44,535 bases of DNA, taken from NCBI GenBank assembly GCA_048213135.1, contig PS015234.1:19276-63810 (forward strand), written 5' to 3'. Each line of letters opens with the position of its first letter. Position 1 is the stretch's first letter. The position numbers and the translations under genes are program-made. The notes under the pieces are model-generated. The model saw only the letters and a program-made list of their open reading frames with translations. It was not told where the DNA came from and did not search any database. The DNA comes from Reclinomonas americana ATCC 50394. Its lineage: Eukaryota. Below are positions 14,878 to 31,482 of the stretch, one piece after another.

Positions 14878-15904
14878 AGTCGCGTCGTAGTAGTACGTCG
14901 TACGGTACGGTTACGGTTCGGACGGACGACGTACGTAGGTAGGTAGGAAGGAAGGAGGTAGGTCGGTTCGNNNNNNNNNNNNNNNNNNNNNNNNNNNNNN
15001 NNNNNNNNNNNNNNNNNNNNNNNNNNNNNNNNNNNNNNNNNNNNNNNNNNNNNNNNNNNNNNNNNNNNNNNNNNNNNNNNNNNNNNNNNNNNNNNNNNNN
15101 NNNNNNNNNNNNNNNNNNNNNNNNNNNNNNNNNNNNNNNNNNNNNNNNNNNNNNNNNNNNNNNNNNNNNNNNNNNNNNNNNNNNNNNNNNNNNNNNNNNN
15201 NNNNNNNNNNNNNNNNNNNNNNNNNNNNNNNNNNNNNNNNNNNNNNNNNNNNNNNNNNNNNNNNNNNNNNNNNNNNNNNNNNNNNNNNNNNNGGGGAACG
15301 GACGACGGAGGTGGGTGGGGGAACGGACGACGGAGGTAGGGTGGGGAACGGACCGTCGCGTGTACCGTACGACTCCGCCGTTCGGTCGTACGAGCAGAGA
15401 GAGAGAGAGAGAGAGAGAGAGACGGTGAGAGAACGGGCAAGAAAGCAGTGCGCTTGAGTAGCTGCGAAGTTTGCGGCAGCAGTGTGAGAGAGAGTGCGTG
15501 TGTATGTGCGTGAGAAGGGGAGAGAGTGTGTGTGTGAGAGAGAGAGAGAGGAAGGTGCTTGCGTGTCTTCATACTGTGTGGCAGAAACGAGACGGAATAG
15601 AGAGAATAGGTGGATGTGCGAGGCGCCTGCGTGTCTCTTAGCGCTGAGAAGCAGGGAATGAGTGGATGAGCAAGGGTGTCTCAGAGGAGATCTGACAGTT
15701 GAGCAAGGCGTTTTCGTGTCTCTGTGCTGAGATGTGTCGCCTGATATCAGCGAGTCTCCGTGCCCTCCTGACGTGCGCTGCTGCCACACCACAGATATTC
15801 TGAACGACGAAACCTCGCGCAAGTACATCCAGGCCGTCAAGCGACTGATGACATTTGCACAAAAGGTGTATCCGACGCTGCCGAGCCAGATGGTGACATC
15901 GTGA
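13024..15904 (+). CDS. PRPF18: Pre-mRNA splicing factor Prp18 (5' end uncertain)
   Basis: SFM/PRP4-like segment [23 protein letters not shown] and Prp18 domain [33 protein letters not shown]...[21 protein letters not shown]; stop at 15902-15904. Confidence 0.95.
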
Positions 15905-16000
15905 GAGGAATGGAGACAAGTGGCGGTGGTCGCAAAGAGTGAATGATGTGAGAGCATTGTTATGGGCGCACAGGTTGTCCTCTGATCACATAAAGAGAAA

Positions 16001-19000
16001 ATGCTCCGACGAGTGCGCTCTCTGCTCGGCCCTCTCAAGTCTCGCAAGTACATTTGCTCTGCGGCCACAGAGTTGCGAGTGTGCATGTGCAACCAGAATG
16101 ACACACACTCTCCTCTCTTACACGCATTGTGTGATGCAGTGATGACGAGTATCAGAGCGATGTGGTCATCACTGACGATGCGCTGACACTGTTGCAGTCG
16201 GTGCGACTGCCGCAGCATGCGTTTGCTGATCATATGATGCGCAAAGTGATTGTGGGAGCGTGTGGAGCGAGTGCTTCTGTTGCGTGCCTGGGAGGAGAGG
16301 GAGAGAGGGGGGTGGGAAGAGCAGGGCAGAGTGAGGCAGCAAGCATGTGTGCTGTAAAGAAACGAGCATGTGCAGAGTGAGGCAACGAGCAAGTGTGCAG
16401 TGAGGCAACGAGCATGTGCAGCAAGGCAACAAGCATGTGTGCAGGTGAGGCAACAAGCATGTACAGCGAGGCAACGAGCATGTGTGCAGCTAGGCAACAA
16501 GCATGTGCAGCGAGGCAACGAGTATGTGCAGAGTGATGCAACGAGCATGTGTACAGCGAGGCAACGAGCATGTGCAGCAAGGCAACGAGCATGTGTGCAG
16601 AGTGAGGCAACGAGCATGTGCAACGATTCAACGAGCATGTGTGCAGCGAGTCGATGCACACAATCCCTCTCATGTTCCTTCCGCCACGTAGGGAGTGGCC
16701 ACCGCCTCCGTGTTAACCGATCTGCTCATGGAGGCCGCGGATCGCCTGTTTCGCGAGGGATATCCCAGGTGAGAAGCGAGCGTTTTCTCGACGCAGCAGT
16801 TCGTTGGTCTCATTTGCTTGCGCAGACTTGCGGTGTTGGGAGCGGTGAAGCGCGTGATGGCGGTGTGCATTCGTGACGGCATTGATCGGATGGTTGTGTC
16901 GGTGCCGCAGTTGTACGCGCCGGAAGTGGCGCATCGATTGGTGGTGGGACTGGCGCATGGTGCCGATGAGCTGACTGTGCAATTGGTGGAGGCAGTGTTG
17001 CGCTTGCTGGAATCAGTTGAGTTGGCGTGGGAGGAGTAGTGAGAGCGACGTGTGGCTCACGTTGTCCTCCTTCCGATGACAGTTAAACGTGCCGGCCGCG
17101 CATGTGGCGATCACTGTTCAAGTCGGGCGCGCACCAGAGGCGTCGGCGGTGTGTGGCGGGCTGGCACTGGAGCTGAGTCCGCTGAATGCTTCGCGATTAC
17201 GTCGGTATCTGTCGGCGACGGCGACGGAGACCACAACGGCACGTCGAATGTTGGTGGTGTCGGCGAGTGTTCCGTTTGCACTCGTCACTCACCGGGTTGT
17301 GGAGGAGTATTACGATGTCGATGAGTTTCTGGCGGCGGCCAGCGGGCGGACGCGAGACGAGGAAGCGAGGAGGTGAGGCGATGTTGAATGATCACAGGAT
17401 TGCATGACCGCATGCTGACCTCTCGGTGTACAGAGAAGCGGAGGCCATCTTGGCGCATGTGCAAGCACTCGGTGTGTGCGTGCTTATGGTGGAGGGCGCA
17501 GTGGATGCAGTGTTCCAGGAGATGGCAGAGGAGGTGCGTTGTGACTGAAGGCGGCTGATAGGGAGTGGGTGATGGGAACACNNNNNNNNNNNNNNNNNNN
17601 NNNNNNNNNNNNNNNNNNNNNNNNNNNNNNNNNNNNNNNNNNNNNNNNNNNNNNNNNNNNNNNNNNNNNNNNNNNNNNNNNNNNNNNNNNNNNNNNNNNN
17701 NNNNNNNGTGGGTGGTGAGAACACACGAAGTGGGTGGGAACACACGGAGTGGGTGAATCTCATGGCTCCTTCCCTTCTTACAGCGAGGCCTTCTCTGCCT
17801 CAGCAACATCGGCCCGGTGGCGGCTGTGCAACTGGCGGACGCGTTCGGCTGCCAACGCGTGCAGAATATTTTGAATGCACAACTAGTGCACACGGCCACT
17901 GTTCAGGTATGTGACAGCCGCATCAGTTTCTCCGCGGTCCCTCTCTCACTCACCATTCGTGCAGCGTGTCGAGCACTGGCAGGGCGGTGAGCGCAACCCC
18001 GACACATCTCTCTTCACGCCTGTCAAGGACGAAAATGCCGACGGAAGTGGCAGTGGCGCAGCGTGGCCGTCGCGTTGCGAATTCGCACTGCTGGAGCGTC
18101 GCGAGCCGACCCGCGTATCGGTGCTGTTGTGCGACCGAACTCTTTCACTTGTGTCGATGCGTCTGCGCAACATGCAGAAGGTGCTGGCGCGACTGAGAGT
18201 GGCACAGCAGGTGAGTCTCGCGCGGCGTGGATGGGGAGAGAGTCAGTACTTATTTTTTGCTAATTCGAGCAGGATACGACCTTGCTGCCGGGTGGGGGTG
18301 TGTGGGAGTTGGCATGTTGTAGGGTGTGCGAAAGGCATGCGGCCGGGCTGAGGATGCAGGTGAGACGGGGCGTTGGGGGCTGGGCGGCGGAGTGGAGGGC
18401 CAGTGTGTTGACAGTGCGAGGATGCAGGTATTGCCATCGTCCGCAGCGTTGATTGAGGCGCAGGTTGCCGAGGTGCGTGTTGTTGCGAATAGTGAGGAGA
18501 GAGAAAGAGAGAGAGGGAGGGAGGGGGGGAAGGGGAGGAGAGAGAGTGTGTGTGTGAGTGAGTGAGTGACTGAGTGAGTGAGTGAGTGAGTGAGTGAGTG
18601 AGTGAGTGAGTGAGTGAGTGAGTGCGAGAGAGAGAGCAACAGAGGAAGTAGTTATTGTGAGAGTTTCGTATGCATTCCGTGCTGAGACAGGCTAACTAAG
18701 TCGGCGCTGCTGTCTACGGTGAGAGGTAGGACGGTTGTTTTGCAGTCGGAGCTAAAGCGATGGATATAGCTGAGGCAAGCAGACAGAGATTGAGCTGCTG
18801 TTGAGAGGTCGAGCGTACAAACGATTTGTTCCTCTCTACAACGCGTCTCACACTGCTCAACACTGTGCAGAGCATGGCCAATGTGTTCAGCCAGCTGGTT
18901 GGTGTGGCCGCGACCAATGTCGGTGCTGGCAACTACGAGTCACTATCGCTCCTTTTGCAACGGTTGCGTTTCACTGTGTTTTCTGAATAGCGAGGTGTGA

Positions 19001-20253
19001 CTACTCACACTGCATCAGCTTCGATCCCGCTCCCTGGCTTGCAGCAGCGTCTGCTGCAGACCCTCTGGCTGCCATGCAGTGCCTCCGAACGCCATTGGGT
19101 GAGCTGGCAGATGCACTCTTCGGCGAGGCGCTGGTCCCACATGGAATCGTTGGAGTTGGGGAGAAAGAGGATGACGCAGACAGTGTGGAGGGAGAGGAAA
19201 TCTTGCAGTTGTTGCTTGGTGGAAGCGCTTCGGCGGAGGGCGAGAGAGGTGTGGCTGTTGTTGGTGAGGACGACGTTGATGAGTTCGACGGGTTTCCGGG
19301 AACGGAGAAGGACGGTGGTGTCGGGGCTGGCAAGACATTGAAAATTGACGACGAGGATGATGAATTTGACGTGTTTCCGGAGGGTGTTGTTGAGCGACAC
19401 CCAAAGGAGAAGGGCGGTGGTGTGGTTGGACGAGGGCGCCAGACACTAGCAGCTGGTGACGGTGTGGACGACGATGAGTTTGATGTGTTTCCGGAGGGTG
19501 TTGTTGAGCGGCACCCAACGGAGAAGGGCGGTGGAGTTGTTGGACGAGGGCGCCAGACAGTAGCAGCTGATGGCGGTGTTGATGACGTTGAGTTTGACGT
19601 GTTTCCGGAGGGTATTGTTGAGCGGCACCCAGAAAGGAAGGGCGGTGGTGTGGTTGGCCGAGTGCGCCAGACATTAGCAGCTGGTGATGATGAATTTAAC
19701 GTGTTTCCGGAGGCTGCTGGCGAGCGGGGTCGCGCGTCATTATCCTCTGTTCACGACGTGGCTGGGAAACCGCTTGCCTCCGGTGAAAGTCATCCTCTTG
19801 GTGCTCTGCTAGACCGGATTGCGAGGAGCGCCGCATCAGCAGTGACTCGTCCGTCGGTGCCAGATGTGGAGGAGGATGAGATCGATGTGTTTGATGTGTG
19901 GCGGGAGGAGGACGAACGAGTGGATTTGCAGGTGATGGAGGCGCTGATGGCGGCAAGCGAGGCTCTGGCTGGCGCAAGCTCGAGAGTGGATGCATCACGC
20001 GTTCCGCTGCTGCCACCATCGCCTCCACCGCCGCCACCACCGCCGCCACGACTGGCCGCCGTTGACAACACGTCAACGCGACGGGTGGCGTTGCAGTGTG
20101 CTGCTGGTGAGTGTTGTATGACCCCCACAAGTGATGAGATGCTGTGTGTTGATACGTTCTTGTCATGTCACAGAGTGCGTGCGGCTGGTGGCCATGACTG
20201 ATGCACTGGTGTTTACGACGCACATGCAAGAGCAGAGGGTGGAGAGGCGGTGA
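16001..20253 (+). CDS. Chaperonin-like BBS protein (TCP-1/CCT fold, most like BBS12) with a large acidic repeat insert
   Basis: VRSLLGPLKSRKYI, VVITDDALTLLQSV, degenerate GDGTTT region (SGVATASVL..LL..A..L.REG), LLPGGGVWELAC, and C-terminal VDNTSTRRVALQCAAECVRLVAMTDALVFT. ORF 19074-20201 joins via in-phase introns 18963-19018 and ~20108-20173. Confidence 0.7.
16326..16650. repeat. Intronic minisatellite, ~20-24 bp unit GAGGCAACGAGCATGTG(TG)CA, >12 copies
   Basis: Repeated GCAAC(G/A)AGCATGT cores in tandem. Confidence 0.9.
19350..19715 (+). repeat. Coding tandem repeat, 114 bp (38 aa) unit DEFDVFPEGVVERHPxEKGGGVVGRGRQTLAAxxGVDD
   Basis: The CCGGAG of GTGTTTCCGGAG recurs at 19377, 19491, 19605 and 19707; frame is preserved. 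Confidence 0.9.
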
Positions 20254-20598
20254 TCGGCAGGTAAAAGAACAACCCCACATTGAGCAAAATGAATTGAGCT
20301 GGGCAGCGTGGAACGAAGTGTTGAATAACTCCCAACGGTGTTTTCGTTTGGAGAGTGAATACAACAGGACTAGAGGAAGAAGGAGGATCGATCAATGTGC
20401 GAAAAACGAATCGCAGCGACGTCGCAGTGCGTTGAACAGCACGTCTACCACGGTGCGCACACGTACGTACAGAGCTACACGTTGAACAACGCAGTCCCTC
20501 ACAAGAGAGGGCTGAACTCAACAATTTTCGTACAACACTATACTCTTTTGCACAAAATAAAAAAATGACAAGCCACCCTTCCCTGACTCACACATCGC

Positions 20599-24316
<3,718 letters not shown>

Positions 24317-25433
24317 GGTGGGAGAGAGGAAGGGAGGAAAGGGGGGGAAGGGAGGTGCGCGCGCGGCGGACGTGATATGAGTAGAGAGAAAGATGGCTGT
24401 TGGTTCACCGGGATTCTGAATTCGAACAACAACAACAACAACACAACAACAACACAACAACAACAANNNNNNNNNNNNNNNNNNNNNNNNNNNNNNNNNN
24501 NNNNNNNNNNNNNNNNNNNNNNNNNNNNNNNNNNNNNNNNNNNNNNNNNNNNNNNNNNNNNNNNNNNNNNNNNNNNNNNNNNNNNNNNNNNNNNNNNNNN
24601 NNNNNNNNNNNNNNNNNNNNNNNNNNNNNNNNNNNNNNNNNNNNNNNNNNNNNNNNNNNNNNNNNNNNNNNNNNNNNNNNNNNNNNNNNNNNNNNNNNNN
24701 NNNNNNNNNNNNNNNNNNNNNNNNNNNNNNNNNNNNNNNNNNNNNNNNNNNNNNNNNNNNNNNNNNNNNNNNNNNNNNNNNNNNNNNNNNNNNNNNNNNN
24801 NNNNNNNNNNNNNNNNNNNNNNNNNNNNNNNNNNNNNNNNNNNNNNNNNNNNNNNNNNNNNNNNNNNNNNNNNNNNNNNNNNNNNNNNNNNNNNNNNNNN
24901 NNNNNNNNNNNNNNNNNNNNNNNNNNNNNNNNNNNNNNNNNNNNNNNNNNNNNNNNNNNNNNNNNNNNNNNNNNNNNNNNNNNNNNNNNNNNNNNNNNNN
25001 NNNNNNNNNNNNNNNNNNNNNNNNNNNNNNNNNNNNNNNNNNNNNNNNNNNNNNNNNNNNNNNNNNNNNNNNNNNNNNNNNNNNNNNNNNNNNNNNNNNN
25101 NNNNNNNNNNNNNNNNNNNNNNNNNNNNNNNNNNNNNNNNNNNNNNNNNNNNNNNNNNNNNNNNNNNNNNNNNNNNNNNNNNNNNNNNNNNNNNNNNNNN
25201 NNNNNNNNNNNNNNNNNNNNNNNNNNNNNNNNNNNNNNNNNNNNNNNNNNNNNNNNNNNNNNNNNNNNNNNNNNNNNNNNNNNNNNNNNNNNNNNNNNNN
25301 NNNNNNNNNNNNNNNNNNNNNNNNNNNNNNNNNNNNNNNNNNNNNNNNNNNNNNNNNNNNNNNNNNNNNNNNNNNNNNNNNNNNNNNNNNNNNNNNNNNN
25401 NNNNNNNNNNNNNNNNNNNNNNNNNNNNNNNNN

Positions 25434-25562
25434 CACCAAGGTCAGCAGGGCGCTGCAGGTGATTGCCGCGGTCACCGCATCTAGATGAACATGCCATGGA
25501 TCCGGATCGTGGCCGGCGGTGCAAGTACTGCCTGAGACATTCTCGATATTGAAATTGCGGGA
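25434..25562 (-). other. Possible isolated coding exon running into a gap
   Basis: An AG acceptor followed by open frame RNFNIENVSGSTCTAGHDPDPWHVHLDAVTAAITCSALLTLV; no family recognised. Confidence 0.25.
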
Positions 25563-26002
25563 CTGATCGCGCGCGATTTGTGCGACAACAACAACAACAA
25601 CAACTCAAACAGCTACGAAGATTGCCATCTTAAGTGAGCACAAGAAACTGAAATTGTGAGAAAAGTTGAGATTGATATCGAAATCGCGATCGAAATCGAA
25701 ATCGCGATCGAAATCGAAATCGCATTTGCCGCACTGCAGATGAACGCGCGCAGCAAACGGGATCCACCAAACAACGTGAACTCCTACACCTACAACCAAG
25801 AAATCTAGTCTTCTCGTCTCCTGCATATGGAGAATTTCGCACACTTGCCTGCCATGCACACGGATTTCAACAAAACACTTCATTCACCACATTGCATCAC
25901 TCAAGATGGTGATCATCATGCAGCTGTGTTGCTGTTTGGATTAAAGTTGTTGTTGTTGTTGTTGCGACAAATGTCCACAAATGCCTTGCCGACGTCGACG
26001 CA

Positions 26003-27768
26003 TCAAATCGACGGCGTCACCCTGACTGTGATGCCCATGGCGTACGTGGTCACCGAGAAGCGGCTCGCTGCACACTTGTCGAGATTGCGCAGGACACTGA
26101 ACGAGGCCGCGTTGCCGTAGCCGCGGCTCGCGCTGAGGAATTGCGGATCCTTGGTCGACAAGCCGAGGGCGTGGAAGTGGAGGCCGTGGGCAGACGAGAG
26201 CGGAAGGCACCAGTCGGTGGCATCCGTACCATAAGTCACGTCCAGCTTCGCACCACCACCATTGAGGGAGTATGAAGAAAACATGGCCGCAACTGCAACG
26301 TAGTCGCCCTTGAATATCACGTCTTGATACGAGGAACTCTCATATCTCGTGTCCAAGGAGCGCGAAGCGACGAGACTGCGAAGACAGATGGTGTAGGTAG
26401 TAATCCGGCACGATGCCTGCTCGCACAAGATATATATAAAAAAAGTGAACTCTGCTGCGGGGCCGGGCCAAAGGAAAATGAGACAAAACGCAACCACTCC
26501 CAGGCTGGAAACCAAACCAACTCGGCCGACCCAGCCACTTGGACTGATGCCGTGACCGCCACCGTAGGGATACGAGCCGAGAATGAAACATGTTCCCGGA
26601 TGTACGTTATGATTGACAGCTCCAACTCCGCCTCCCACAATCGTTCCGGGTTTCCCGTTGGCACCACAATCTGTCGGGACCAGCCGCATATCAAACTGCG
26701 CAGGGGAGTATGACGTGTAAATAGCACATTAATAATGTGACAGACGACGCGCTGTGCATGAGTGACGCACCGAGCGAAGCGCCGTGTTATCGAGTCTTCC
26801 GACAATANNNNNNNNNNNNNNNNNNNNNNNNNNNNNNNNNNNNNNNNNNNNNNNNNNNNNNNNNNNNNNNNNNNNNNNNNNNNNNNNNNNNNNNNNNNNN
26901 NNNNNNNNNNNNNNNNNNNNNNNNNNNNNNNNNNNNNNNNNNNNNNNNNNNNNNNNNNNNNNNNNNNNNNNNNNNNNNNNNNNNNNNNNNNNNNNNNNNN
27001 NNNNNNNNNNNNNNNNNNNNNNNNNNNNNNNNNNNNNNNNNNNNNNNNNNNNNNNNNNNNNNNNNNNNNNNNNNNNNNNNNNNNNNNNNNNNNNNNNNNN
27101 NNNNNNNNNNNNNNNNNNNNNNNNNNNNNNNNNNNNNNNNNNNNNNNNNNNNNNNNNNNNNNNNNNNNNNNNNNNNNNNNNNNNNNNNNNNNNNNNNNNN
27201 NNNNNNNNNNNNNNNNNNNNNNNNNNNNNNNNNNNNNNNNNNNNNNNNNNNNNNNNNNNNNNNNNNNNNNNNNNNNNNNNNNNNNNNNNNNNNNNNNNNN
27301 NNNNNNNNNNNNNNNNNNNNNNNNNNNNNNNNNNNNNNNNNNNNNNNNNNNNNNNNNNNNNNNNGCCGAGATAGTCGCGATTGTTGGTGACTGTGACACC
27401 GCCGCCGACGAGAGCGTAATCGGTCGGCACGATCACGGTGCAGGAGATGACACCTCGTTTCTTTTCGCCAGTGGCGGAGAACTGGTTGATCAGCGGACGC
27501 TCGAATTCGAAGGTTGTGGCCGTCGTGGCGGATGACGACTGCGCTGCAGCGAGTGCCTCGTAGAACTGTTCAACCTGGGGAGCAATGGAGAGAGAGAGAG
27601 GGAGGGAGGGAGAGAGGAGAGAGTGTGAAGGAGATGGGAGAGAGTGCGCGAAAAACAATCATGCGCACGCACGCGGTTCGTGGGATCCGCTTGCACCACG
27701 GCGAGCGTGGTGATGAGCAGCACCGCGGCGACTGCGGCAACGATGAAGATGGTGTGGTGAGCACGCAT
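26003..27768 (-). CDS. Secreted protein of unknown family, paralog A (gap inside)
   Basis: Signal peptide MRAHHTIFIVAAVAAVLLITTLAVVQA|DP; colinear with paralog B (VEQFYEALAAAQSS, ISCTVIVPTDYALVGGGVTV, YGTDATDWCLPL, RNLDKCAASRFS). Confidence 0.8.
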
Positions 27769-27812
27769 GGTCTTCTCTCACAAACAGTGTGAAAGGAGAA
27801 AGATGTGCGGTG

Positions 27813-27834
27813 GATTTCGCGCGCGCGCGAAATC
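27813..27834. promoter_or_regulatory. Perfect 22-bp palindrome GATTT(CG)6AAATC (E2F-like TTTCGCGC half-sites) ~45 bp upstream of the paralog A start
   Basis: Seen directly; the same element sits upstream of paralog B. Confidence 0.55.
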
Positions 27835-28555
27835 GAAACAATGCATTGCATTTCCGAGAGCAGAAAATTGGGATCTTTGTGCTGGGTTGGTCTGGTGCTG
27901 AGGAGTGGGGGAGTGGAAGAAAGGAGGGGATGTTCAAAGAGTGACTGGAAAGAGTCGCGTCTAATTCTGCTGTTTTTGCAACTGTCTACGGCTTCACTAC
28001 AGAACGGCGAAAAACAGCCACGGTCTCTTCAAAAACCAGCTTGATGACCAAGTCGACCCATCCAGACTATCGGCATTGGCGAAAAACTTGACCGCAGTGG
28101 GGGTTTTAACTTTAAAAGTGTCCGCTCTTAGTTCGAACAGGCCGCTGCGCTTCCTTGTCGAGAAATATTAAATCAATGACTGCAGTGAACGGAAGCGACG
28201 TCAACGAACAGTCGCTAATGCTCTTTCTGTTTGTTGATGGAGCAACGTGAACTGAATTTCAGAGAGACTCATTCATCTCGACTTGTCGGAGCACACACAA
28301 AAAGCTTGCTGCTGCACCAAGACTGGTGTACTGGAATGGTTGGACGTGGTCATCGAGACAGCTGTTTCGTAATCTGTTGGTGAACTGATGTGGTGTGCCA
28401 AGGTCATTGTCGGCAAGGGATTTGTGGGCGTTTATCGCATTATTGGAATGTGGTGAATTATTCCACAATGCCAGAGTGTTGCGCATACATTGGCACCAGA
28501 AGCAAAACCGGAGAGGAAGACGGCTTCTATCTCTCTCTCCTCCCTTTCCCTCTCC

Positions 28556-29737
28556 TCAAACAGTCACCTTGACTCTAATGCCCACAGAATAGGAGATCAT
28601 CGAGAAGCGACTGTCCGCACACTTGTCGCGATTGCGCGCGATGCTGAGCGAGGACGTGTAGCCAGCTTGATAGCGGGTGATCGCCGAATCCGAGGTGAGC
28701 ATGCCCAGGGTGAAGAAGTGGAGCCCGTTGGCCGACAGGAGTGGGGCGCACCAGTCGGTGGCGCCCGTACCGTACGACACGTTCAACAGCGCGCCGCCAC
28801 CAATGGTGGTGTACTGGTTGCTGACGGCGACAATTCCAACGCGGTCGCCGTTGAACATCGGAGACCAGTTGGACTGCGAACTGACAAAGACAGCTTCCAC
28901 GACGCGCGAGGCGACGCGGCTCCGCAGGCAAATGGAGTAGATATTGACCCCGCAGTCGGCCTGCGTTCACACATACAGGAGGAGGAAGAAGAGGAGGAAG
29001 AGGAAGAGGAAGCAGGGGAAGAGGAGGAGGAGGAGGAGGAGGAGGAGGAGGAAGAGAAAGAGAAAGAGGAGGAGGAGACTAGTTATGAAAATGGCTGCGT
29101 GCGCAGAAAGCACAAGAGAGTTGCACGCAACAGCTCCTTGCGCGGAACGCAAAGTAATCTTGCCGATCCAGCCGGGGGCACCCGGTCGCGGGTACGAGCC
29201 CTGAATGAAACAGGTGCCGGTGCCTCCTCGCCCGTAGGTCTCAACTCCGCCGCCCACGTGCATTCCCCCTCTGTCATCACAGGATCCTGTGTAGTGGAAA
29301 GATTGAAACTATCGAGTGCAGAGGAGCAGAGAGAGAGACAGAGAGAGCGATGATGTGAACAACAAAAGGCGACAAAAAGGATGCTATGAGAGACGCGACG
29401 CACCGTGTAGTCAGCGGAGTGCCCGCCGCTGGTGCCGTTCTCAAGATATCCGGCATAGCCGATAACTATCTCGTACAGGCGGCCACCGGGGCGAGTGGGG
29501 GGATCGTAAATGGCATTGGCGGTGCATGTCAGCGAGGCGACACACTGGCCACTCCGGTCCTGGGTTAGGAAGGGGGTGAGAATGAAGGGAGAATGAAGGG
29601 AAAGGGAGAGGGAATGAAGGAAAGGGAGGGAGGGGGAAGGGAGAGGGAGAAAGGGAAGAAGAGGGGGTAAACCATGAGAAAAAGGCAGCTTTCGCAAGGA
29701 CAACATAGAATAGGCGGCATTCGGAAGAATGAACACA

Positions 29738-29769
<32 letters not shown>

Positions 29770-31402
29770 CGGGACTGAGACAGGCAGCTGTTGCAAGGAC
29801 AACATAGAATAGGCGGCGTTCGGAAGCATGGACACAAGAGAGAGAACGGGACTGAGAGAGACGATTGCAATCCTGAGACAGGCGGCAGCCAGACAGAGTG
29901 ATGAGAGAGAGAGACGACTGCGATCCTGAGACAGGCAGCTGTCGCAAGGACAACATAGAATAGGCGGCGTTCGGAAGAATGAACACGAGAAAGTGACAGG
30001 CAGCTCTTGCAACGAGTACACAGAAGAGGCGGAGTGCGGAAGAAACCATGAGCAAGATCTCTTGGCACGCGGTCGTTGCGAAGGTAACGCGAACAATGCA
30101 AGCAAGACCGAGAAAGAGAGAAAGTAGAGAGTCAGATGAGCATGCCACTGCAAAGCAAGGTGACAGTCAACAGCAGCGCAACAGAGGTAGGCGCGAGACG
30201 AGACAGAGAAACCGAGTTTGCATAGAAAGACCAAGAGATAGAGGAGAGAGCAAGAGTGAGTCACGAAGTGACAGTCAGCAGCAGTGCTAGAGTTGTCAAC
30301 GCGAGGACAACAAAGAAACCGAGTTTGAGAAAGGGAGAGAGAGAGAGAGAGCAAGTGTGTGAGAGAACAATGAATACCGGGGACAGGAAACAAGCGGGAG
30401 GTATAGAGACAGCGGACGTCGCAGTGACAGTGTCTGTCGACAGTGCGCCCATTGCGTCACATGCAATCGCAACATTGTGGACCGCTCTTGGAAGAGAGAA
30501 GAGCGAGCCAGAGAAAGAGAGAGTAATAAAACATGAGGCAGGTAGCTGTTGCAAAGACAACACAAACAACCAGCGTTCAGACGAGAGGGAGGGGGGAGAG
30601 AGAGGGGAGAGATAGAGGGGGGAGAGGGATGGTATGAGAGAAAACCTGGGATCGAACGTGGGAGAAGAAAAAACGGGGGCAAGGATGCAGTGTGTAAGAC
30701 GTGAGTGCACAAGAAGAACATGTTAACAGGAGTGAGAAACCAGTGTGATCTTAAAACCATCACACAAAACTGATTGGTCTCTCTCTTCTCGTCTCTTTCC
30801 TCTCCTCCCGCCCTTCCCGCTCCTCACCCTCCCTTCCCTCACCCTCCCCTTCCCGCTCCTCACCCTCCCTTCCCGCTCTCCTCCCTCACCCTCCCCTTCC
30901 CAATCCTCACACCTTTGCCTCCCCAAACCACGAGTACTGCTGTGACGTGGAATTATAGAACGGGAAAGTCGAGGTCAGCGCGAAGCCGTTGGGATCAGCG
31001 CAGCTGGTGCCCGCCAAGGCGAACGGGCCGGGATTGCCGCCGGTGACGGTGACGCCGCCGCTGATCACCACATACTCGGTCGGCACGACGACCCTGCAGG
31101 AGATGGCGTTCCGTCCCGCCACGCCCGTGGAGGTGAACTGTGTGATCCCCGGCCGCTCGTATGTGATCGTTGTGGCGGCTGACGACTGCGCCTCGGCGAG
31201 TGCCTGGTAGAATTGGTCGACCTGGAAGGAGAGATGAGAAGAGTGGGCGCGAACATTGATCATCACATCATGATGATCGCAGCGACGCAACGCGGTTCGC
31301 GACGAGTTGCTCGGGATCCGCTTGCACCAGGGCGAGCGTGGAGATGAGCAGCACAGCGGCGGCTGCGACGACGAGGAGGAGGATAGGGTGGTGAGCGCGC
31401 AT
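28556..31402 (-). CDS. Secreted protein of unknown family, paralog B
   Basis: Signal peptide MRAHHPILLLVVAAAAVLLISTLALVQA|DP; exons encode VDQFYQALAEAQSS, ISCRVVVPTEYVVISGGVTV, GTCFIQGSYP, YGTGATDWCAPL, RNRDKCADSRFS; stop at 28556. Confidence 0.82.
29680..30050. repeat. Intronic imperfect tandem repeat with core GCAAGGACAACATAGAATAGGCGGC(A/G)TTCGGAAG, 3 copies plus degenerate ones
   Basis: Core at ~29694, ~29793 and ~29945. Confidence 0.8.
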
Positions 31403-31464
31403 GTTCTTCTTCTTCTCTCACAAGTGTGGCGCGATAGGAGAAAATGTGATGAAAATGCGATGGA

Positions 31465-31482
31465 TTTCGCGCGCGCGCGAAA
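31465..31482. promoter_or_regulatory. 18-bp palindrome TTT(CG)6AAA ~60 bp upstream of the paralog B start
   Basis: Matches the paralog A element, including the flanking AATGCATTG. Confidence 0.55.

Noticed and set aside
14881-15395. Odd GTAC/GACG-rich sequence flanking a gap
   Set aside because: It follows long (GA)n runs at contig ends and looks like low-quality read-end (pyrosequencing-type) noise.
19074-20201. Standalone 375-aa acidic protein
   Set aside because: Splice sites on both sides place it in frame inside the chaperonin-like gene.
28935-28962. Suspected frameshift in secreted paralog B
   Set aside because: On recount the frame reads ADCGVNIYSICLRS, colinear with paralog A.
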